DNA of 64,000 nucleotides from a virus (Duplodnaviria; Caudoviricetes): IMG/VR virus record IMGVR_UViG_3300028601_000022, positions 32,001 to 96,000 of that record; one strand, 5' to 3'. Shown piece by piece: positions 48,426 to 55,964 of this stretch (position 1 is its first letter; each line of letters starts with the position of its first letter). The notes under the pieces were generated by a model. It saw only the letters and a program-made list of their open reading frames with translations, ran no database searches and was not told where the DNA came from. The position numbers and the translations under genes were made by a program.

Positions 48426-49331
48426 CTACGCCTTTAGCTCAAGGAAGGCTACAACGTCTTCCCTCAGCGTGTTATCCGAATCTATGTAGCCGCAGCACTT
48501 CTTTGTGCAGGGCCCCTGGCGAAGGCAGGTATTGTTCTGCTTGTGACGGTCACCCATGTGCAGCCAGGTTTCATCATCCAAGGTGTAATACAGGTTGGTA
48601 GAATGCTGGCTAACACTCAACAGCGTATTGAGGTCAATGTCGCCTGAGCTATCGGCCTTTTCAAGAAGCCGAAAGAAGTCCGCCCGCTTAGGGAAGAATC
48701 CGGGAAGGTTATCTTCCATGTCGGCCTTGTCTTTGAACTTAATGAAAGGAACATACGGTGTGTTGAAGTCCACCCTACAGCCCCATTTTTCCTCGAACCC
48801 CTTCACTGTGAACTCACCCTTGAGGTAAGAATCAATGAATGCCTGGGTCATAATGATTTCCACATGCAGGGGTATTTCAGGATACAGGTCATGAAGGATC
48901 TTGACGTTCTCCTCCCAATGCTTCCGCGTTACCGGATTGAATCGGTATGCCGTATCCCAAGAGGTGCAGAGGAGGAATCTGTTAGCTACACCGAAGAACC
49001 GCAGCAACCCGCAGGCATGAAGCAGCCTGGTTTCATCGCCGTACATAAGGGACGTGCAAATAAGACCACGCTCGGTATGGCCGTACTTTATTCGGTATGC
49101 AATGGATACCAGAAGGTCTTCAAAGGCCCACTGAATCTTCCGTGATTCAAGTTGGCCGTCAAAGAACTCGCCGCCAATGAGGGAGATAGAGTCGCAGTTA
49201 CCTACTTCCTCTATCTTCTCCTTAGCAAAGCGCAATGATTCCAACTTATCCCTGACGTGTGGTATATCACGGTTACAGCAGAATGGGCAGTTGTGCCTGC
49301 AGTCCTTCCACAGTTCAAATTGAAGAAACAT
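48426..49331 (-). CDS. Radical SAM enzyme, paralogue 4
   Basis: LQFELWKDCRHNCPFC; IGGE; SWD.AYRF; IMTQ.FID; FFPKRADF; C-terminal C..C..CCGYIDSD. Confidence 0.88.
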   Translation of the reverse strand: MFLQFELWKDCRHNCPFCCNRDIPHVRDKLESLRFAKEKIEEVGNCDSISLIGGEFFDGQLESRKIQWAFEDLLVSIAYRIKYGHTERGLICTSLMYGDETRLLHACGLLRFFGVANRFLLCTSWDTAYRFNPVTRKHWEENVKILHDLYPEIPLHVEIIMTQAFIDSYLKGEFTVKGFEEKWGCRVDFNTPYVPFIKFKDKADMEDNLPGFFPKRADFFRLLEKADSSGDIDLNTLLSVSQHSTNLYYTLDDETWLHMGDRHKQNNTCLRQGPCTKKCCGYIDSDNTLREDVVAFLELKA

Positions 49332-49339
49332 GAGGCCTC

Positions 49340-50239
49340 CTAAAAGAAGTCTTCCTCCTCAAGGAGGAGATAGGGGAACTTGCCCATATCACCAATGACC
49401 AGGGTATCCACGCCGCCCACATTGTGGACATGCTGCGTAAGATAGTGGTTATTGATGTATCGGCCAATAGCAGACAGGAAACGCGCATAGTCTGCATGAT
49501 ATTTCATCTCGGCACAGAACATTCCCCGAACCATGTCAGGGTCGGAAGAACCTGCGCAGTCACAACCAATAGACAGGGCAAAGTTGCCGCGGGTGGCTTG
49601 ACGGTAGTTGTACAGGTCACCCTGCTTGTGGGTGACGGTAAACAGGTCAATTTCGCTGACCTGTGTTACGCACTTTACCGAGCCGTCCGTGTTTGTTCCG
49701 TAGGAGAACAAGTCCATGTAGAATCCGGGCTTGATGCACACAGGGTTGTCCGAGTTGCGGATGCTGGACAGCACCAGGCGAAAGTCAAGGTCAGTGTGGA
49801 CTTCAAACACCTCGAATATGTCACCGCTTTCCGTGGTCACAATGAGCAGGTCGTCAAACTGACCGCCGAATACCTTGCTACGGATTCCTATAAAGAGGAG
49901 CTTGGTAAGCCCTTGGCCTGGCTGCTGCGGATTAACATCCTTTACTGCCCTGGCCTTAGCAGGAAGCAGCCCCTTACTGTCGATGGTATCCAGCATTTCC
50001 CTGATGATAATGGTGTTTTCTTCCACATTGGGAATAGCATCGGCATCGAAATTGTGGTCGTTGAAGACCTGCTGGACTACGGCAAGAACAGGCTTGTTCA
50101 TCACAATCTTATAGAGGAAGTCCAGGGGAATTTCCCCGGATATAGTATTCTTGGAAAGAGAGCTTTCAACGGCAAAAAGGTTACTGTAGCCTTTAGCCGC
50201 AATAGCAGCCTTTATCTGGTCAAGGGTAGGTACTTTCAT
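49340..50239 (-). CDS. Hypothetical protein, possibly a degenerate phage peptidoglycan-hydrolase/L,D-transpeptidase-like fold
   Basis: QIKAAIAAKGY...IGIR...FDD...KPGFY...YLLLEEED pattern recalled from such a family; expected catalytic His/Cys motif not evident. Confidence 0.45.
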   Translation of the reverse strand: MKVPTLDQIKAAIAAKGYSNLFAVESSLSKNTISGEIPLDFLYKIVMNKPVLAVVQQVFNDHNFDADAIPNVEENTIIIREMLDTIDSKGLLPAKARAVKDVNPQQPGQGLTKLLFIGIRSKVFGGQFDDLLIVTTESGDIFEVFEVHTDLDFRLVLSSIRNSDNPVCIKPGFYMDLFSYGTNTDGSVKCVTQVSEIDLFTVTHKQGDLYNYRQATRGNFALSIGCDCAGSSDPDMVRGMFCAEMKYHADYARFLSAIGRYINNHYLTQHVHNVGGVDTLVIGDMGKFPYLLLEEEDFF

Positions 50240-50259
50240 GTATTCCTCCGAATTACGGT

Positions 50260-51186
50260 TTAGGACATAAGGAGCTTGTCACAAAGCATGCAGGCTTCGG
50301 AATCAATGTAACCGGCATACGGGAAAGGGTGGCCACAAGGGAGAAAAGTTTCTGAGGCTATTTCGTAGCGCGTGTCTTTTTCCCTGTATTCAGGAACATC
50401 CGTGCCGGAGCGAAGTAGCGTATCCGCACGGAAGTGGATGTTGCATATTTTGTCAAAGACGTAGCATTCTTCCTCGGTGGACACCTTTGCAAGAAACTTG
50501 AGGAAGTCCTTGCGCTTTACAAAAAAGCCAGGCACCCGACGCTCCATTTCATTCTTGTCCTTGTACAGGCCCTTGATAAGGTGAGGCGGTTTGAAGAACA
50601 GCTGGGTATTGTAGGTATCCATGAAGTCATGGAAGTGAAGTTCACTGTTCAGGTAGCGTTCGATAGCATGCTGCGTGAGGATGATTGTGGTGTTGCAGCG
50701 GATGTTGGGATAGTTGGTCTTTATGTTGACCATGTTCTGCTTCCACGTCTCTTCCGACTTAGGCTTGTGAAAACGCCCGATGGTGTCGTAAGAGGTGATA
50801 ATCCAGAATCCTCCTGTCTTGGACACGGGGACAACGTCCTTAAACATGTCCAGCACTTCACACAGAACGGCACTTTCTTCCGTAAGGGCAGCACTCAACC
50901 AAGCACCCTCAAGCTTGCCAGCAAGAATGAGGTCTTTTGTAAGCTGGAGCAGGCGGAAGAACTGGTCGCGTATTTCAGGCGTATTGAGTTGCCCCTGCAT
51001 GAACTCGCCGCCAATGAAGGCCACGTTGGTGTAATCCTTCATATCACCGGCGAGGAGAAAAGCTTCGGCTCTGTCCATTTCGCGCTTTTTGTCTGCGTCT
51101 TCCGTTTTCCGAATGCGCTTGTTAAGGTAGCAGAACTTGCACCCTACGTTACACTCCGGCCACAACTCAAACTGAATAGCTTTCAT
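50260..51186 (-). CDS. Radical SAM enzyme, paralogue 3
   Basis: IQFELWPECNVGCKFC; IGGE; SYD.IGRF; ILTQ; FFVKRKDF; PCGH...YIDSEACMLCD. Confidence 0.9.
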   Translation of the reverse strand: MKAIQFELWPECNVGCKFCYLNKRIRKTEDADKKREMDRAEAFLLAGDMKDYTNVAFIGGEFMQGQLNTPEIRDQFFRLLQLTKDLILAGKLEGAWLSAALTEESAVLCEVLDMFKDVVPVSKTGGFWIITSYDTIGRFHKPKSEETWKQNMVNIKTNYPNIRCNTTIILTQHAIERYLNSELHFHDFMDTYNTQLFFKPPHLIKGLYKDKNEMERRVPGFFVKRKDFLKFLAKVSTEEECYVFDKICNIHFRADTLLRSGTDVPEYREKDTRYEIASETFLPCGHPFPYAGYIDSEACMLCDKLLMS

Positions 51187-51194
51187 ATAGGCTC

Positions 51195-52697
51195 CTACAG
51201 GGAGGTATCGGTAACGTCAATGTAAAAGAACCGACCACCCTGAACAAAGATAAGATGAATAGGAGTACCAGCAACGAACCTGCAAGCCTCGTCCAGCGTT
51301 TCGCATATGGGCTCTCCTCTACCATTCAGGCTTGTGTTAAGCAAGATAGGCAGATTGTAGTTCTCCATAAAGTGGTACAGTGTGGCATTCTCAGGAACGT
51401 CAAACAGAACCTGAGGTCTGGATGTTCCGTCTTGTGCCACTATAGACGGGTACTTGCGCTGATACCACGGTCGCACGTCCTCAGTAGCAAGCATGTAACG
51501 ATGCAGGTTATGGGGTTCATCCACTGCAAAGACCTTCGGGAAGAAGGTATCAAGAATGACAGGAGCAAACGGACGCCAGGACTCGCGTTCCTTGAGGCCA
51601 TTAACGTATTGTGCCATCCACGGGAAAGACGGATTGGCAAGAAGGCTTCTATGGCCCAGTGCGCGTGGGCCGTATTCACTGCCTCCCTCAAACCAAGCAA
51701 CCACATCACCGTGATTCAGCCATTCTGCAATGATTGGAGCTTCAATTTCTACATACTCATGGTTAGTTGGGAGGCTATACTTGCGGGAGTTGTAAGTAAG
51801 CGTACCGTTGACCTCGAGACCCTCTTCAAGGTGCGCTCTGCCAAGCATAAGGCCGGCATCAGTGCAAAGGGGAGGAACATAGAAGTTCTTCCACATTCCA
51901 AGCCGTGCTATCTTGCCGTTAAGGGTGCAGTTAAGGCCACACCCGCCTGTGATTATGAGGTTCTTGCTGGGCAGCTGCTTCATAAACTGAAGGAGGCTAA
52001 AAACGCTCCTCTCAAAGATGTGCTGCGTGTAACCGGCAACCCGGGTATAGTCGAACGTAAGTGTATCCGTTTGGGGCAGACCGAACTTCCGTTGGAAGAT
52101 ATCCTGTAGACCTGCAACAGGTTCAACCGTACTGCTAAGGTTGCCAGTGTTAGGGCTTACTGTAATGATGCCTTCCTTGTCTGCCCGAAAGTCCTCGTTG
52201 CAGTAGGTAGCAAGACCCATAACCTTACCGGCATGGCAAGTGCCTTCAAATGGGCTATTAGCACTCAACCCGCAGTGCTTTGCGGCAATGGAGAACATGC
52301 GACCAAGGGAGTATTCAGCAGAATAGCGGCGAACGGTATCGAACTTGGTTCCATTCGCCGTAAAGATACCGATAGCGTATTCGTTGTTTTCGTCGCACCC
52401 GTCAATAACAAGGATTGAGGCATCTTCAAATCCAGATTGAATGAAGGCACTCACTGCATGATACAGGTGGTGATTGTCACCATCACCGCAGTCTTTTGCA
52501 GGAGTGCCATCACTATCGGAATGATACGGGGTAGTTGTTTCAAGGTCGAGCTTGGAGGCAATATCTGCGCACCAAGCCCGTGCCTTACCGTGGTCTTGCT
52601 TGTCTTTCTTCCTCGTCAATCGTTCCTCCTCTATCATTGCAAGGAGTACGCCAGAATCAACGAGGCAGGATGCCATGCTAGAGGAGTATATGTTCAC
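51195..52697 (-). CDS. O-carbamoyltransferase (NodU/CmcH/TobZ family)
   Basis: EEERLTRKK, HHLYHA, VIDG, AGKVMGLA, GGCGLN, D.G, SEYGPRALGHRS, KERESWRPFAP, LLNTSLN; GGAGG RBS before GTG 52697. Confidence 0.93.
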   Translation of the reverse strand: MNIYSSSMASCLVDSGVLLAMIEEERLTRKKDKQDHGKARAWCADIASKLDLETTTPYHSDSDGTPAKDCGDGDNHHLYHAVSAFIQSGFEDASILVIDGCDENNEYAIGIFTANGTKFDTVRRYSAEYSLGRMFSIAAKHCGLSANSPFEGTCHAGKVMGLATYCNEDFRADKEGIITVSPNTGNLSSTVEPVAGLQDIFQRKFGLPQTDTLTFDYTRVAGYTQHIFERSVFSLLQFMKQLPSKNLIITGGCGLNCTLNGKIARLGMWKNFYVPPLCTDAGLMLGRAHLEEGLEVNGTLTYNSRKYSLPTNHEYVEIEAPIIAEWLNHGDVVAWFEGGSEYGPRALGHRSLLANPSFPWMAQYVNGLKERESWRPFAPVILDTFFPKVFAVDEPHNLHRYMLATEDVRPWYQRKYPSIVAQDGTSRPQVLFDVPENATLYHFMENYNLPILLNTSLNGRGEPICETLDEACRFVAGTPIHLIFVQGGRFFYIDVTDTSL

Positions 52698-52699
52698 GA

Positions 52700-53635
52700 T
52701 TATTTTCCTCCGAAGCTTGTCATGCAAAGAATGTCGCACAGCATGCACTTAGGGCTGTCAGAGTAGCACCTGTACAGTTCCGAGTGCCCGCAGTCCATAA
52801 GGACTTCCTTACCGTCCGCAAGAACAGGCTTCTGGTCATTTGTGCCGTAGCGATTGTGAAGGCCACCGTACTTGTAGATGCCAGAGTGATAAGAGGAAGA
52901 AACCGTGTCCATGTATATCTTATGGTGAGTCTTCTCCAGATAGAGGAGGAAGTTGAGGAAGTCCCTGCGCTTGAAGAAAAAGTCGGTAAGCTGCTTTCCT
53001 GTATGAACCGGGTGAGGGTACAAGAATACCAGGGAGCAGCCGGGTATTTCTTCATCCAGGAAACGCTGAATGCTGAATTTGCCGCTGAATACCTGGTCAA
53101 TGACGTGCTGTGTAAGAATCATTTGCACACCCACGCCGTAGTTGTAACGGTCACGGAAGGCCAGGATATTCTTCAGCGCAAGCAAGCGCATTTCTTCCGT
53201 CTTGTACCTGTATTTCAGGTCGTAGGAGAAGTTCACGTCAAGGACTTTGGAGGTACATTCCTCAACGATGCGGTCGCAAACACGATAGAGAAACGAGGGC
53301 TCATACATGCCATTGGTGACAGTAGAGTAGCGGCAGCGCGGGTTCTTGGAAACCTTCAGCACCTTCTCTATGATGTCCTCTATGAGGAGCATGAACTCAT
53401 CCTCATAGATAGGGTTACGGTAGCCGTAAACCTCACCGCCCAGCAAAGATATACCGTGGGAGAACTTGCCAGCCCAGTCAACGTAGTTGAGGTTATCGCG
53501 TATGTTCCGCACGTGGGTGATTATTTGCTGCAAGGACCGGTCTTGCCGGTCCAAGCGCAAACAGAAGTCGCAATTGCCAGTGCAGTTGGGAAGGACACCA
53601 TACTGCACACAGTATCCGTCAGGGCCAGAACTCAT
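52700..53635 (-). CDS. Radical SAM enzyme, paralogue 2
   Basis: NCTGNCDFC; LGGE; VTNG; SYDLKYRY; ILTQ.VID; FFFKRRDF; DCGH..Y..YSDS.KCMLCD. Confidence 0.9.
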   Translation of the reverse strand: MSSGPDGYCVQYGVLPNCTGNCDFCLRLDRQDRSLQQIITHVRNIRDNLNYVDWAGKFSHGISLLGGEVYGYRNPIYEDEFMLLIEDIIEKVLKVSKNPRCRYSTVTNGMYEPSFLYRVCDRIVEECTSKVLDVNFSYDLKYRYKTEEMRLLALKNILAFRDRYNYGVGVQMILTQHVIDQVFSGKFSIQRFLDEEIPGCSLVFLYPHPVHTGKQLTDFFFKRRDFLNFLLYLEKTHHKIYMDTVSSSYHSGIYKYGGLHNRYGTNDQKPVLADGKEVLMDCGHSELYRCYSDSPKCMLCDILCMTSFGGK

Positions 53636-54588
53636 AGCCGGGCTCCCCCTTCAGTATCCAGCATTTTGAGGATGTCGCATGCGTAGCATTCATCCGAATC
53701 GGCATAACTGCGGCAGTACACAAAGTGGCCGCAAGGAGCAAGCAGGTCAAGGTCGTGGCTAGTGTGGTTCTTTACATCACGCCACACCGTCATGTCCTGG
53801 ATTGGTCGGTACACGTTCGTAGCACGCCGCCCTGACTGGTCTGCAAAGCGACGCCACAGGGGGAAGTTGTTCTTCATAAGAAAGAAGCAGAAAGCCACGA
53901 ACGAAGACCGCTTCGGAAGGAAGTCTGCCGGAAGCATAAGGCTGTGCCTGTCGCCAATTGTACCGATAAGGTCAAGCAAGCGACCAGGGAATACCTTGAG
54001 CATGCGCACGATTCGCTTGTCGCCGCCCATGTAGGCGTCGATAAGGAACTGCGACAGGATGGTGGTACAGTGGACTTTGCAGCCTGTACGCTTTACCTTG
54101 CCCAGGTTAATCCACCATTCGCGCTCGTTGGCTTTCGTGAAGCGGTACTTTATGTCATAGCTTGTGCCGACCATAACACGGTCAATGAAGCCTGCCGCTT
54201 TGAACTTTTCCAGAGTAAACTGGAGCAACGAGTCTTCATACTTGAATTTGAGGCTCGTGATGGGATACAGCTTTTTGAGCTTATCCTCCTTCATAAGGAG
54301 AATAAGCTCATCCAGGAGCCTTTCATAGGTAGGGAGCCATTCCTGGTCGTAACCATTCATAATCTCCCCACCCTGAAAGGACACCTCGTCAAACTGGTTC
54401 CAGTCGATAGTGGGCAGGTGGCCCAGAATCTGCTCCAGAATGTCTTTCTTTTCAGCGGGTGAGCGGAACCGCTCAGGGTCGCAGGTATTGTCGCCATTAG
54501 CCGTATAGGCTAGGGAGCAGAATGCGCACCTGTTCTCTCTGCATTCATTCCAGAACTCAAACTGGATGATTTCCTTGTCCTTTTTCAT
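53632..54588 (-). CDS. Radical SAM enzyme, paralogue 1 (CX4CX2C variant)
   Basis: IQFEFWNECRENRCAFC; QGGE; SYDIKYRF; ILSQ.LID; FLPKRSSF; PCGH..Y..SYADSDECYACD. Confidence 0.88.
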   Translation of the reverse strand: MKKDKEIIQFEFWNECRENRCAFCSLAYTANGDNTCDPERFRSPAEKKDILEQILGHLPTIDWNQFDEVSFQGGEIMNGYDQEWLPTYERLLDELILLMKEDKLKKLYPITSLKFKYEDSLLQFTLEKFKAAGFIDRVMVGTSYDIKYRFTKANEREWWINLGKVKRTGCKVHCTTILSQFLIDAYMGGDKRIVRMLKVFPGRLLDLIGTIGDRHSLMLPADFLPKRSSFVAFCFFLMKNNFPLWRRFADQSGRRATNVYRPIQDMTVWRDVKNHTSHDLDLLAPCGHFVYCRSYADSDECYACDILKMLDTEGGARL

Positions 54589-54600
54589 ATTCCCCTCGGT

Positions 54601-55266
54601 CTATGCTACAAGATTATACCAGGCGATGTAGGAGCAGGAGCTTGAAGAACTGGAAGAGCAGGAACTGGAAGAACTCGAGGAGCACGAGGAGCTGGACGAG
54701 CTGGACGAGCAAGACGAGCAAGTAACTGCCATCGCGCCCCAACTGACAGAGCAGGGGGCGGCTTTGTATGCGTCGATGCCGTCCTTCAAAGCAGCCAACA
54801 TGCCGGTAATGTCAGAAGCCTTGATGGGCTCAAGTTCCGACGGCTCCGTGATTGCAGGAAGGGGATTGTTCACAAAGCAGCGCGAAGTGAGGCCATTCGT
54901 GGGGTTTGTAACCACCACAAAGCGCACCGAAGTGTAGGTGGCCAGGCATGTAAGGAAGTGAATCAGACCCTTCAGAGTGATAAGGTTGTCCATCTTGGAC
55001 GCAAACCCGTTTTCATTGATGAAGGTGTTCCATGCCGCAGTGAATGCCGCTGTGGTAACGATGGGTGGGCGGCCAGAGAAGTTAATGTCCAACCTGGCAG
55101 CGGCAGCCTTCAACTGGCCAGTAACCGTAACGGTACGGCCAGTGAAGCTGGGGTCTGTGATATTGCCTTTGTAAACGTCAAGGTTGTCGATAGAGGTCTT
55201 GAGGGTTTCAAAAGCCTCATTAACAACCTGTCCAAACGTAATAACTGCACCGGGTAAAATAGCCAT
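54601..55266 (-). CDS. 221-aa protein with C-terminal Cys/poly-Ser tract; candidate substrate (precursor) of the adjacent enzymes
   Basis: GGAG RBS before MAILPG; ends TCSSC-S8-C-S7-C-S7-CSYIAWYNLVA. Confidence 0.8.
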   Translation of the reverse strand: MAILPGAVITFGQVVNEAFETLKTSIDNLDVYKGNITDPSFTGRTVTVTGQLKAAAARLDINFSGRPPIVTTAAFTAAWNTFINENGFASKMDNLITLKGLIHFLTCLATYTSVRFVVVTNPTNGLTSRCFVNNPLPAITEPSELEPIKASDITGMLAALKDGIDAYKAAPCSVSWGAMAVTCSSCSSSSSSSSCSSSSSSSCSSSSSSSCSYIAWYNLVA

Positions 55267-55288
55267 AAGCTCAATCTCCATGTAGTAA

Positions 55289-55315
55289 CGGGACTTCTCC
55301 TAGAAAGAAGCCCCG
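55289..55315 (-). promoter_or_regulatory. Stem-loop upstream of the Cys/Ser protein gene
   Basis: CGGGGCTTCT-loop-AGAAGTCCCG on the minus strand, no U tail. Confidence 0.4.
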
Positions 55316-55346
55316 CACGTTTTGTTTTCAGAGGCCAAAGCCGTTT

Positions 55347-55868
55347 TTACAGCTTTTCGAGAAAGGCGCCGACCAGGGCATGGTTGCCGAGAATACGCGA
55401 AAGCACAGAGAAGCCTTCCTTGACCTTGTACAGGTTCGTCATGTCGATGCGGGACATATCGACCTTGCCCATGAGCGAGGACATGAGGGGCGCCGTGCCG
55501 AGAAGGAAGATGCCGTAGAACATGGTTGGAATGGAGACCTTGGAATCATCCTGCTCAATGGTGAGGGGAATGTCGCAGGAAGTAAGGATGGAAAGGTACC
55601 ACTTGACCAGTTCCAAGATAAATTCATGGAGTTCGGTCTGCAGGGCCGACTTCACGTCAATGAATTCGGAAATTTCATTGAAGTAACAGTTTTCCTGCTT
55701 GAAGAAATCCTCGTCAAAGACGTTGTAGGAGTTCACCAAGCGGTACACGTTGAGAATGTCCACTTCGTTGCAGTCATTGCCTTCGGCAAGATAGCCGTTG
55801 GTAAGGAGCTTGCGGAAAACCTCAATCTTCTGTTCCAAGGGAAGTGCTTTGATTTCCTGGGGTGTCAT
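55347..55868 (-). CDS. Hypothetical acidic helical protein at the head of the radical SAM operon
   Basis: AGGAG RBS; strong C-ending codon bias suggests high expression. Confidence 0.75.
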   Translation of the reverse strand: MTPQEIKALPLEQKIEVFRKLLTNGYLAEGNDCNEVDILNVYRLVNSYNVFDEDFFKQENCYFNEISEFIDVKSALQTELHEFILELVKWYLSILTSCDIPLTIEQDDSKVSIPTMFYGIFLLGTAPLMSSLMGKVDMSRIDMTNLYKVKEGFSVLSRILGNHALVGAFLEKL

Positions 55869-55964
55869 TGTAACCGTCTCCTAAAGGTTTAGCCCAAATG
55901 CGGGCTTCGTTGAACAAATCTCATTTGAACGAAAACCTACCCGATACGCTATATTTAACGTATC

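Noticed and set aside
48426-54588. Radical SAMs as QueE, NrdG or 7-deazaguanine DNA-modification genes
   Set aside because: No folE, queC, queD, dpdA or nrdD nearby; four paralogues with a shared C-terminal Cys motif do not fit those families
54631-54720. Poly-Ser tract as a simple-sequence repeat or assembly artefact
   Set aside because: The DNA is non-repetitive, with mixed TCN and AGY codons and regularly spaced TGC
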